From a virus, in UHGV virus genome UHGV-0079566: 34,746 nt of DNA; one strand, written 5' to 3'. The notes under the pieces were generated by a model. The model had not been told where the DNA came from. It saw only the letters and a list, made by a program, of their open reading frames with translations, and searched no databases. The translations under genes were made by a program, and so were the position numbers. Below, piece by piece: positions 8,144 through 16,288 of this stretch (position 1 is the first letter of the stretch; every line of letters begins with the position of its first letter).

Positions 8144-9022
8144 GTGAGTATGCATCAAGTTGTCAGCTTTTCAGGTGGACGAACATCGGCTTATCTCGTT
8201 CATCTGATGGAAGCAAAGCGAAAAGCTGGCGCTAGCGTCCATTTCATTTTTATGGATACCGGCTGTGAACATCCTCTGACGTATCGCTTTATTCGTGAGG
8301 TTGTGAAGTTCTGGAACGTACCGCTAACGGTGTTGCAGGTCGATATAAATCCAGAACTTGGGCAGCCAAATGGTTATACGGAATGGGAACCAAAGGATAT
8401 TCAGACGCGAATGCCGGTGCTTAAACCGTTTATGGACATGGTTAAAAAGTACGGTACGCCATACATCGGCGGCGCGTTCTGTACTGACAGGCTAAAACTC
8501 ACCCCTTTCACGAAATATTGCGATGACCATTTTGGGCGAGGGAATTACATCACATGGCTGGGTATTCGTGCGGACGAACACCGCAGGCTGAAACCGAAAC
8601 CGGGCGTCCGGTATCTTGCAGAGCTGTCAGATTTTGATAAGTCGGATGTTATCCGGTGGTGGCGAAAACAACCTTTTGATTTGCAAATCCCGGAGCACCT
8701 AGGGAACTGTGTTTTTTGCATCAAAAAGTCAACGCAAAAGCTGGGGCTTGCATGTAAAGACGAACCTGGTCTGATGCGGGTTTTTAATGAACTGGTTACA
8801 GGTAAACACGTCCGGGATGGTCACCGAAAGACAAATAAAGACGTTATGTACCGTGGTCATCTGAGCCTTGACGGGATTGCCAGAATGTATGCCGACAGCG
8901 ACTACAGAAATTTGTATCAGGCGATGGTGCAAACCAGGCGATTCGATACCGGCTCGTGTTCAGAGTCATGTGAAATCTGGGGTGATCAATTGGAGTTGAA
9001 ATTCGAAGAGGTGGTGGCATGA
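8144..9022 (+). CDS. PAPS-reductase-like (PP-loop ATP pyrophosphatase superfamily) protein (292 aa)
   Basis: PP-loop-like SFSGGRTSAY near the N-terminus; C-terminal cysteine pair (CSESC). Confidence 0.7.
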   Translation: MSMHQVVSFSGGRTSAYLVHLMEAKRKAGASVHFIFMDTGCEHPLTYRFIREVVKFWNVPLTVLQVDINPELGQPNGYTEWEPKDIQTRMPVLKPFMDMVKKYGTPYIGGAFCTDRLKLTPFTKYCDDHFGRGNYITWLGIRADEHRRLKPKPGVRYLAELSDFDKSDVIRWWRKQPFDLQIPEHLGNCVFCIKKSTQKLGLACKDEPGLMRVFNELVTGKHVRDGHRKTNKDVMYRGHLSLDGIARMYADSDYRNLYQAMVQTRRFDTGSCSESCEIWGDQLELKFEEVVA

Positions 9023-9723
9023 CAACCAAAATTAACTATCAGGCACTACGTGAGATAGCAAAACAGGCAACACAGGGCGAATGGGTCGCGTTTATTTCGA
9101 CGGGTACAGGTACGTATGCTGTGCATACGCCCGGTGATAAACGATGTGAAGATGTTATCAAATGGACCGGCTTTGATGGGCTGAAAAACGCAGAGAACAA
9201 CGCTCGTTATGTTGCCGCATTCAACCCAAAGGTTGCACTGGAGCTACTTGGTGAAATTAAGCGCCTGGAGGACACAAATATTGATGCTATGTGCCGAATA
9301 GCACCGCTTGAGACTAAGCTCGCGGCGCTGGTGGCAGAGAACGCCGGGCTGAAACACGCAATGGCCGTAACTCTTGAGCATGTGTCGGTCACGGATGCAG
9401 GGCAGGCCGGAGTTGCTGCAATGATTATCAACGATGCCCTGCACCACAGCGAAACTCCAGCTACCGATGCTTTTCTGGCTGAAATTCGTGCGGAAGCACG
9501 CAACGAGGGGATTAACTATACCGCCAGCCGTCTTGCTGCTGCGTTCAATCACGGATTTATCAATAAGTCTTTGCGTGAAGTTTTCGACGTTACACGCATG
9601 ATTTTGTCAGCGAAAGAAGAGTTGGCTAATGAAGCGCATCCGATTGATGGCCTGTCTGGTGAATATGCGGAGAAATCCCTTGAAGAATGGGCGGAACAGA
9701 TTCGCAAAGGAAGCAGCCAGTGA
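9019..9723 (+). CDS. Ead/Ea22-like prophage protein (234 aa)
   Basis: N-terminus INYQALREIAKQATQGEW is typical of Ea22-like proteins; ATGA overlap with the upstream gene. Confidence 0.65.
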   Translation: MTTKINYQALREIAKQATQGEWVAFISTGTGTYAVHTPGDKRCEDVIKWTGFDGLKNAENNARYVAAFNPKVALELLGEIKRLEDTNIDAMCRIAPLETKLAALVAENAGLKHAMAVTLEHVSVTDAGQAGVAAMIINDALHHSETPATDAFLAEIRAEARNEGINYTASRLAAAFNHGFINKSLREVFDVTRMILSAKEELANEAHPIDGLSGEYAEKSLEEWAEQIRKGSSQ

Positions 9724-10010
9724 ATATCGACACGACAATAACGATCGATACGCTCCTAAATACCGGTCTGGCACTTCTCGGTTGGCTTTACATCATGTCC
9801 CGCACATGGCGATGGCTGGGTTCCATTTTCCTAAAACAGTGGAAAAAACGGCGCAAACAGGAACTACGCCAGAAGGCATTAGAAGCGTTCTATGACGCAT
9901 TTGAGCTTAGCCGCATTGAACCAGGTACAACAGCCAGGATAGCGACAAAAGGCGACCTGATGATAGTGATGTTCCGACAGGAGAGAGCAGAGAAAGGGGA
10001 ATCAGCATGA
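9720..10010 (+). CDS. Small membrane protein (about 96 aa from GTG) with one hydrophobic helix (LLNTGLALLGWLYIM)
   Basis: In frame with ORF 9687-10010; AAGGAAG Shine-Dalgarno upstream of GTG 9720, which overlaps the upstream stop. Confidence 0.4.
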   Translation: MNIDTTITIDTLLNTGLALLGWLYIMSRTWRWLGSIFLKQWKKRRKQELRQKALEAFYDAFELSRIEPGTTARIATKGDLMIVMFRQERAEKGESA

Positions 10011-10741
10011 AATTTTCCAAATTTTCTGAGTTGGTGAATCGTATTTTGTCCAACAACCACAGCCATCGTCGCGATATGGATGTAACAATCGTTGTTCATT
10101 CGCCTGGCAGCATTGGTTCAACACCTTCAGTTGAGGTTCAGTCAATTCACGCTGGTTTTGATTGGGATTCCGGGAAAGTGCTTATTTTCCCATCACAGCC
10201 ACTGACCACGCTAACACCAGAACAGATTACTGATATCACTGATAGTGTGCGCAAAGGTCAGTCTTGGCACGCATATCAGGAATACAAGAAGCATCAAGAG
10301 CAGTTGGAAAAATTGTCGATTGAACTGGATGCCGCAAAACAGCGCATTGCAGAGCTGGAGGGTAATCGCACGGCGCTGGCAGTGGAGAATGAGCTGGCTC
10401 GTAAGGCAGTTCAGGCATTCTGCGATGTTGTTGGCGACAACACCGAGGTTATCGCTGAGGTGGTTGGGCGAGATGGCGTTCTGGTTATTTTGGAGGCCAT
10501 GAAGGCAACAGGAAATATGCCAGCCACCGATGCTTTCCTGGCTGAAGTGCGGGCGCAGGGCGTGGATGCTGCTATAGAAGCTGCAAAAAATCTGGTGGCC
10601 CAAGAATATGAGTATAAGGATTTCAAAGCGGCGCAGAGTGATTGCTGTATGCACCCTGGTTCAGACCTGGTAGGGAAGGTTGAAATGACTGAGTGGTTAG
10701 TTGACTTTGCTGCCCAGCTTCGCAAAGGAGGCAAACAGTGA
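10007..10741 (+). CDS. Ea22-like paralog (244 aa) sharing the C-terminal ATDAFLAE(V/I)RA segment with 9019-9723
   Basis: ORF track; ATGA overlap; central coiled-coil. Confidence 0.6.
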   Translation: MKFSKFSELVNRILSNNHSHRRDMDVTIVVHSPGSIGSTPSVEVQSIHAGFDWDSGKVLIFPSQPLTTLTPEQITDITDSVRKGQSWHAYQEYKKHQEQLEKLSIELDAAKQRIAELEGNRTALAVENELARKAVQAFCDVVGDNTEVIAEVVGRDGVLVILEAMKATGNMPATDAFLAEVRAQGVDAAIEAAKNLVAQEYEYKDFKAAQSDCCMHPGSDLVGKVEMTEWLVDFAAQLRKGGKQ

Positions 10742-11232
10742 GCAAGATTGACTATCAGGCACTGCGTGAGGCGGCAGAGAAGGCTACGAAAGGTAAGTGG
10801 GCTGTTGAATTCGACGATGAGATTTACTCCACTGACGGCATAAACCATGAGCAAATAGCTATGGTGTTCAGTGAAAACGAATCTCGTGATGCTGAATTCA
10901 TCGCCGCAGCCAATCCGGCTACCGTCTTGGCGCTTCTGGATGAACGGGAAAGAAACCTGCAATACATCAAAAGCCGCGATCAGGAGAACGAGGATATTGC
11001 GCTAACGGTAGGGAAGCTGCGCGTTGAGCTTGAAGCAGAAAAACAGCGGGCAAAAGTTCTATTTATGGAAAATGCTCGGCTTAAGTCAGGCATAGCCGGT
11101 CTGATACACCTCGGTATTCGATATGCAGATGTTGAGGTCATGAAAATTGCTGGAGATGCCCAGCTTTCTACCCCATGCACTGACAGCATCATAAACAGCA
11201 TTGCAACAGGCATTCGCATCAAAGGAGAGTGA
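10738..11232 (+). CDS. Ea22-like paralog (164 aa) sharing the N-terminal module (IDYQALREAAEKATKGKW); ends with TGIRIKGE
   Basis: ORF track; AGGAGG Shine-Dalgarno; GTG start overlapping the upstream stop. Confidence 0.6.
   Translation: MSKIDYQALREAAEKATKGKWAVEFDDEIYSTDGINHEQIAMVFSENESRDAEFIAAANPATVLALLDERERNLQYIKSRDQENEDIALTVGKLRVELEAEKQRAKVLFMENARLKSGIAGLIHLGIRYADVEVMKIAGDAQLSTPCTDSIINSIATGIRIKGE
11209..11232 (+). repeat. Copy 1 of a 24-bp direct repeat ggcattcgcatcaaaggagagtga (encodes the ...GIRIKGE* C-terminus and the next gene's Shine-Dalgarno)
   Basis: Exact repeat read at 11209-11232 and 11703-11726. Confidence 0.9.
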
Positions 11233-11234
11233 GA

Positions 11235-11726
11235 ATGCAAATTTCACCGGTTACTCTTCGTGTTGCGAAGGCGTTTATATCCAGACATCACCGACACAAT
11301 AAACCCCCGGTGGGGCATAAATTCAGCATTGGTCTGAGAAATGATGCCGGAGAATTGATAGGTGTGGCGACAGCCGGTAGACCTGTTGCACGACATTTGG
11401 ACGATGGATTAACGCTTGAAGTAAATCGCACATGTACCACAGGAGAACGCAACGCTAACAGCGCGCTTTATGGTGCTGTCTGGCGGGCAGCAAAGGCTAT
11501 GGGTTATCAACGTTGTATTACGTACACCCAGGCAGATGAATCAGGAGCATCTCTCCGCGCAGCTGGTTTTGTTCGTGTGAAAGAGCTTCCTCCAAGAAAA
11601 AGCTGGGCGGAATCAAGCGTCGCCCTGCGGAGTAAACGCGATCCGGTCGGAAACGGTGGTGTTCCTCGTGTGCTCTGGGAAATCAGGAGAATGAGTACCA
11701 CTGGCATTCGCATCAAAGGAGAGTGA
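11235..11726 (+). CDS. Hypothetical protein (163 aa); also ends in ...TGIRIKGE
   Basis: ORF track frame 11229-11726; ATG 11235 preceded by AAGGAGAG. Confidence 0.55.
   Translation: MQISPVTLRVAKAFISRHHRHNKPPVGHKFSIGLRNDAGELIGVATAGRPVARHLDDGLTLEVNRTCTTGERNANSALYGAVWRAAKAMGYQRCITYTQADESGASLRAAGFVRVKELPPRKSWAESSVALRSKRDPVGNGGVPRVLWEIRRMSTTGIRIKGE
11703..11726 (+). repeat. Copy 2 of the 24-bp direct repeat ggcattcgcatcaaaggagagtga
   Basis: Exact match to 11209-11232. Confidence 0.9.
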
Positions 11727-11727
11727 T

Positions 11728-11991
11728 ATGGCAACTTTGACAAAAAAAGAACAAGCATGGTTGAGCGAATTACAGGACGTTCTTGATCGCTGTCCATCAC
11801 CGAAAAAAATTGGTTTTTACACCATTGGCGATAAAAGCATTTACCTGTATGACCTGCGCCGCATGGATGAAATCATGGAGGCTCTTGATAATCGTTCGTC
11901 GATGGATTGGTGTGTTGCTGTTCATGATATGAATGCAGGGTTTGATGAAAAGATTTTGTTCCCCTCATCAGTTGAAAGCACTGCGGGTTAA
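11728..11991 (+). CDS. Hypothetical protein (87 aa)
   Basis: ORF track; ATG 2 nt after the upstream stop, using the Shine-Dalgarno inside the repeat. Confidence 0.5.
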   Translation: MATLTKKEQAWLSELQDVLDRCPSPKKIGFYTIGDKSIYLYDLRRMDEIMEALDNRSSMDWCVAVHDMNAGFDEKILFPSSVESTAG

Positions 11992-12001
11992 GGAGTAACA
12001 C

Positions 12002-12877
12002 ATGACCACTATTACCAAAGAACGTATTGAATTGTTCATTAAAAATCCGCTTGAAAACGGGCTTACCCGTGGTGAACAAATGGAACTGGCACGGATTGCG
12101 CTGGCATCGCTGGAAGCAGATCCAGTTAAACGAGTTAACTCAGATCAGATGCGCCGAGTCTGCTTAGAAGCTAATCGCCATTTAGATAAATATGACGCGA
12201 TGGCGAAAGAGGTAAATAAGTTGCTTGGACGCATCGCCCCGCCAGCGCCGGTAGTGCCGGAAGAAGCAACTCCGGAAAACGTAGAAATGCTCTCTGGCTA
12301 TGTTTCCACGTACAAATTAACCGATAGCGAGCGCGATATTGCTGCCGAAATATGGAACGCCTGCCGCACCGCCATGCTTCAGTCCGGAAACTTTCGGGAA
12401 AGCAAGAATTCGTCAACCAATAATTTTCGGGAAATCGCGGAAACGTCAACCAACTATCCGGTAATTCCTAGTGAGGTGTTGTCCGCAATCTTGAAGGTTG
12501 CCAAGATTCGTGCCGATTTCGATGATTTTGACGGTGACAGGCGAGGTATCGGTGATTGTCTGGATGAGGCTGAGCAAGAGCTTATCGTTACCATTAACAA
12601 ATATGCCAGTCAGTTGGCAGCAGAACCTATAGCGCCTAATGACGTTCGAGAGCAGACAGCCATTCCGCAAGTTCCGGTAACTCCGGATGGTTGGATAAGC
12701 TGTAGTGAGCGAATGCCCGCTCAAGATGATTGGATTTTAATTTATTCAAAGCACGGCGAGTATATGGCAGGACAGGTACAAGAGGAATACGTGGAGTTGA
12801 GCGACGGCACTTTATCGTGGTTAGGGAACGCCTTGTTCTGGATGCCTCTACCAGAACCGCCTCAGGAGGCAAAATGA
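12002..12877 (+). CDS. Hypothetical protein (291 aa) with a C-terminal DUF551-like segment (W...MP...W...W.PLPEPP)
   Basis: ORF track; C-terminal GWISCSERMPAQDDWILIY...LFWMPLPEPP resembles DUF551. Confidence 0.6.
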   Translation: MTTITKERIELFIKNPLENGLTRGEQMELARIALASLEADPVKRVNSDQMRRVCLEANRHLDKYDAMAKEVNKLLGRIAPPAPVVPEEATPENVEMLSGYVSTYKLTDSERDIAAEIWNACRTAMLQSGNFRESKNSSTNNFREIAETSTNYPVIPSEVLSAILKVAKIRADFDDFDGDRRGIGDCLDEAEQELIVTINKYASQLAAEPIAPNDVREQTAIPQVPVTPDGWISCSERMPAQDDWILIYSKHGEYMAGQVQEEYVELSDGTLSWLGNALFWMPLPEPPQEAK

Positions 12878-13134
12878 TGGATGTCAAAGAGAAGATTTTG
12901 CAGGTGATGCGTTCCCGGGCTGCCCTGCAAGATAAAGCTCTCGGCGGGGAATATCCATTCAGGATGGCAACCTGGAATCTGCGGTTGGCAATGGAGAAGG
13001 AATTTCCTGATGAAGAATGGCGTTCGGCAGATTTGCGCAAAATTCTTATGGAGATGGCTAAAGACGGAACAGTATCCAAAGATACCCATGCCAGCCGGAT
13101 TGGTCAGGCGGTATGGAGACTGGAGGTGAGATAA
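12874..13134 (+). CDS. Hypothetical protein (86 aa)
   Basis: AGGAGG Shine-Dalgarno; ATGA overlap with the upstream stop; in frame with ORF 12730-13134. Confidence 0.5.
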   Translation: MMDVKEKILQVMRSRAALQDKALGGEYPFRMATWNLRLAMEKEFPDEEWRSADLRKILMEMAKDGTVSKDTHASRIGQAVWRLEVR

Positions 13135-13241
13135 TGAGCTGGCCTGAAGCATTCGCAACGGTAGGAATTGTGATGGCGGCAGCACTGGGTTTGTATTCAA
13201 TTTGTCGCTGGTGGCAGGCTTGTTTCGGTTCTATTTGGTGA
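13134..13241 (+). CDS. Small hydrophobic peptide (35 aa, MSWPEAFATVGIVMAAALGLYSICRWWQACFGSIW)
   Basis: GGAGGTGAG Shine-Dalgarno; TAATG stop/start overlap; hand-translated. Confidence 0.35.
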   Translation: MSWPEAFATVGIVMAAALGLYSICRWWQACFGSIW

Positions 13242-13416
13242 CTACCGAGATGACTTCTTCCAACCAGAAGAAGTTGATGTGGTGCGAGAGGCATTAAACG
13301 AGTTAAGTGTTGATAACGATGATGCTCATGCGGAAATCATCCAAAAAATGGAACTGCTAACTCACTAAATTATCAATTATGGTGCTATCACCTACGACAC
13401 CGAGAGAAAATTTATA

Positions 13417-13539
13417 ATGTCAAAAGTAAATGTTTTGATTTTTTCAGCAATTGTTGGCTTTGGTTTTACTGCCGGAGTGCAGATTTATATTACGTGGGAA
13501 AAAATCATCAACTACGCATGGAGTTGTTTTATTAAGTGA
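13417..13539 (+). CDS. Small hydrophobic peptide (40 aa, MSKVNVLIFSAIVGFGFTAGVQIYITWEKIINYAWSCFIK)
   Basis: Hand-translated ORF in an AT-rich segment; purine-rich stretch upstream. Confidence 0.35.
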   Translation: MSKVNVLIFSAIVGFGFTAGVQIYITWEKIINYAWSCFIK

Positions 13540-13546
13540 GGTAGGT

Positions 13547-13840
13547 ATGTGGAGAGGTAATAGTCATGGCAAAAGCCAGATGATACTTACCGAATATCAG
13601 TTTGACCATAAAACCAATAAATCACGTTCAGTATATTTGCTTCGGCACAATAGCCGCGTAAGGAATACCGTGCTGGAGCAAAATCTGACTGTTGAAATGG
13701 ATAATTACGGGGGCTTCAAGCCAACAATTTCGCTTGATGATTTTCCTCGTGGTTTAAGCGAAAGAGAAGCAATGCTGAAATTAGCAGAATGGCTACAAAG
13801 ATTAAGCATTGCTATTGAAGATAACTGGTCTGAACCTTAA
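13547..13840 (+). CDS. Hypothetical protein (about 97 aa from ATG 13547)
   Basis: In frame with ORF 13451-13840; AGGTAGGT Shine-Dalgarno directly upstream. Confidence 0.45.
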   Translation: MWRGNSHGKSQMILTEYQFDHKTNKSRSVYLLRHNSRVRNTVLEQNLTVEMDNYGGFKPTISLDDFPRGLSEREAMLKLAEWLQRLSIAIEDNWSEP

Positions 13841-13846
13841 ATTTAT

Positions 13847-14221
13847 ATGATGACACTAAAACATTTTCTTGACCGCCCATTATGGGCGGCAGCCGCAGGC
13901 TATGACTTTAATTATATGGATTGCATGTCTTATACCGCCAATGCATACGACCATTCCTTCAGTCTGCTGTTTAATTCTTTAAGAATATTGCCGCAAACAG
14001 AAGTTGGAGAGCTTCATTTATGGCTATTGGGCTTTATCGCGGCTGGAGTTGGTATTGCTGTATGGCCTTTTATTTTCTGGTTGGTGGCTGTTGTAGTGTG
14101 GTTTAAGTGCAAGACGTACCGGAAAAAGTATTTCTTAGGTGATGGAATGACTGATATTGCCAAAATGAACATTGAAAAATGGACTAAGGAATGTGAAAAG
14201 AAATGGCGCAAAAAGAAATGA
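13847..14221 (+). CDS. Hypothetical membrane protein (124 aa; two adjacent hydrophobic helices, Lys-rich C-terminus)
   Basis: ORF track; hydrophobic stretch LWLLGFIAAGVGIAVWPFIFWLVAVVVWF. Confidence 0.5.
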   Translation: MMTLKHFLDRPLWAAAAGYDFNYMDCMSYTANAYDHSFSLLFNSLRILPQTEVGELHLWLLGFIAAGVGIAVWPFIFWLVAVVVWFKCKTYRKKYFLGDGMTDIAKMNIEKWTKECEKKWRKKK

Positions 14222-14853
14222 CCAGAATCACTGAAGAGCGCATATCAGAGATTATTTCCCGTATCGAAATGTATGGTCACGGTGCTGGATATACGGCAGA
14301 TGAAGTATTGGAAATAGCCCAGCAGATGCTGGCCTTGAGACAAAAAGAGCAACATGAAAGTAATACGTGTAGATTGAATTTTGAGCATTGGCTGGAACAG
14401 CAACGCGGGAAAATCGATGTGGACTGTGGTTGTGTGTCCACTGAAACATTCATGCACTGGCTGCGGGTAGCTTACGAGGCTGGCAACTATCCGGATATTC
14501 CGGATAGTTCGGTGCCAGCACCAGGAAAGGGCGTCACCGGTGAACGTATCCGAATTAAGCCGCATGTTTATCGCGAACTGGTTAACCGTCTCCACGATAC
14601 AGCGATCAAGTGTGCTGGCACCCAGCAATTACGAGAAAGAATTAGCCGTGTTTTGGGCGACGTTATTACACCAGATCATCATAAACAAGCCGAGAAAAGT
14701 GGCCTGGAAAGGTGTCGCCTTGAGGCGGCATTAAACATTAAGCCGGGGCATACGCTTGGCATTATTGATGCACTATTGGTTCATAAGATGGCCAGGGCTT
14801 TATTGCCGCTGGTGGCTGAAAAGCATGAGGTGGACCATGCCAACGAAAGCTGA
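14203..14853 (+). CDS. Hypothetical protein (216 aa; start could instead be ATG 14218)
   Basis: ORF track; protein-like composition. Confidence 0.55.
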   Translation: MAQKEMTRITEERISEIISRIEMYGHGAGYTADEVLEIAQQMLALRQKEQHESNTCRLNFEHWLEQQRGKIDVDCGCVSTETFMHWLRVAYEAGNYPDIPDSSVPAPGKGVTGERIRIKPHVYRELVNRLHDTAIKCAGTQQLRERISRVLGDVITPDHHKQAEKSGLERCRLEAALNIKPGHTLGIIDALLVHKMARALLPLVAEKHEVDHANES

Positions 14854-15121
14854 ATTACAGGTGCGCGTAGATGAGCTTGAAAAAGAGAACGCGAGCCTCA
14901 AAAAAATGCTGTCGCGGGCGGAAAGGGAATTATCAGGCAAATTATTGCCAGAAGAACTGCCACCAGCAGATATACCTGATCGAGTGTCCTGGTGGATGAA
15001 GTATTTCCGTGCACCGTGGGAGGCGTTTTGGTGCTACGACCATCGCAGATGGTGTGATGAACTTGATAGCAATTTTCCCTACTTTGCGGAAGGGAACACC
15101 TGCCCTCAATGCAGGGGATAG
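14837..15121 (+). CDS. Hypothetical protein (about 94 aa) with N-terminal coiled-coil and C-terminal Cys/His/Trp-rich tail (CPQC)
   Basis: In frame with ORF 14756-15121; GAGGTGGA Shine-Dalgarno upstream of ATG 14837. Confidence 0.45.
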   Translation: MPTKAELQVRVDELEKENASLKKMLSRAERELSGKLLPEELPPADIPDRVSWWMKYFRAPWEAFWCYDHRRWCDELDSNFPYFAEGNTCPQCRG

Positions 15122-15456
15122 CATTTGACGAAATCGATCACCCTATCCTGAACTTCAGAAAGAAGGTCTTTTTCACGCGCCAGGACGTCAGGATATTGAC
15201 GTTCTGGCCTTACCAGATGCCGGAGCTTCCCATTAAGCAGAATGGCCTCAGAAAACACTTTTACGCTGTGCTTTATCCCCTCTGTTTCACTTTTCAGCGT
15301 AAAAATAAAGCGCAATTGCTTATTAGCCTGATTCGGATTCAATACACGAATTTGCAGTTCGTCTATGCTGTTTCGCAATGGGATTGATGCCACCACACTG
15401 GTGCAGTCTCTGATTGTCTGAATTGAACGGCTAACATTGAGAACGTTATTGTGCAT
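15106..15456 (-). CDS. Hypothetical protein (116 aa) on the opposite strand, convergent with the upstream operon
   Basis: ORF track; protein-like sequence whereas the overlapping plus-strand ORF looks like noise; no convincing Shine-Dalgarno at the annotated ATG. Confidence 0.4.
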   Translation of the reverse strand: MHNNVLNVSRSIQTIRDCTSVVASIPLRNSIDELQIRVLNPNQANKQLRFIFTLKSETEGIKHSVKVFSEAILLNGKLRHLVRPERQYPDVLAREKDLLSEVQDRVIDFVKCYPLH

Positions 15457-15488
15457 GTGCCTGATCCACTAACTCCTGGAGGTTTCTT

Positions 15489-15740
15489 GTGTCAGATCGA
15501 AATATAGCAGCTAAAAGCCAGGAAGAGCGAGACAAGGTGAACGTAGACCTTGCCGCCAGCGGCGTTGCTTACAAAGAACGGCTGAATATACCTGTGATTG
15601 CAGAGCAGGTGGCCCGTGAGCAACCGGAAAACCTGCGCGCCTATTTCATGGAACGGCTACGGCACTACCGGCAGTTAAGCCTCCAGTTGCCAAAAGGGAG
15701 CGATCCGGTGTATCAGAACGAGGATGCACCAAAAAAATAA
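15489..15740 (+). CDS. Hypothetical protein (83 aa), GTG start
   Basis: GGAGG Shine-Dalgarno 6 nt upstream of GTG 15489. Confidence 0.5.
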   Translation: MSDRNIAAKSQEERDKVNVDLAASGVAYKERLNIPVIAEQVAREQPENLRAYFMERLRHYRQLSLQLPKGSDPVYQNEDAPKK

Positions 15741-15825
15741 CGGCAAGATGGGGGAGAAATGTGATTAGCCCCCAGCGTGGCGCGCCTACAAACCCCGCTT
15801 TCACAAACTATGCCTTTTCAATGTA

Positions 15826-15845
15826 TACTGTATGAATAAACAGTA
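15826..15845 (+). promoter_or_regulatory. LexA (SOS) box TACTGTATGAATAAACAGTA upstream of humD
   Basis: Perfect CTGT-N8-ACAG read in sequence, 20-40 nt upstream of the humD ATG. Confidence 0.75.
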
Positions 15846-15863
15846 TCATTGAGGTAAAACGCT

Positions 15864-16253
15864 ATGGGCTTCCCTTCTCCTGCGGCGGATTATGTTGAAA
15901 GCCGAATTTCTCTTGATCAGCAGATAATTAGACATCCTTCAGCGACCTACTTCATGCGGGCAGCTGATAGCCATCACCGTGAGGGAATATTGCAGGGAGC
16001 TTTGCTGGTGGTTGATTCCTCGCTTACTCCGGTTGATGGTTCTCTGCTTGTGTGCGCTATGGAGGGTGAATATCGCATAAAGAGATACAGGAAGTATCCG
16101 CGCCAGCACCTGGAGGACTTAAGCACCGGGAAGAAAGAGGCGTTACCAGTAGATGACGATGGATACACGGGCAGTAATGCTGTTTTTGGTGTGATCACTC
16201 ATGTCATCAATGATGCCCGAAGTGGGGAATTTGATGATTGTCCGGTTATTTAA
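15864..16253 (+). CDS. humD: HumD, UmuD-like SOS mutagenesis protein homologue (129 aa)
   Basis: Protein recognised as UmuD-like, placed directly upstream of phd-doc as in P1, with a LexA box and a GAGGT Shine-Dalgarno. Confidence 0.8.
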   Translation: MGFPSPAADYVESRISLDQQIIRHPSATYFMRAADSHHREGILQGALLVVDSSLTPVDGSLLVCAMEGEYRIKRYRKYPRQHLEDLSTGKKEALPVDDDGYTGSNAVFGVITHVINDARSGEFDDCPVI

Positions 16254-16288
16254 GCTGCAAAGTGCTGGTGCTTTATGCCTGTGAAGTT

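Noticed and set aside
11235-11726. Assignment of the 163-aa protein as an acyltransferase-fold DNA-modification enzyme
   Set aside because: A glycine-rich segment (GVATAGRPVAR) gave a vague impression of an acyl-CoA-binding loop, but I cannot verify it from memory. Left as hypothetical.
15109-15387. 92-aa plus-strand ORF overlapping the 15106-15456 minus-strand gene
   Set aside because: Translation looks like noise (Phe/Leu/Tyr-rich, no motifs) and there is no ribosome-binding site; the minus-strand frame looks more protein-like.
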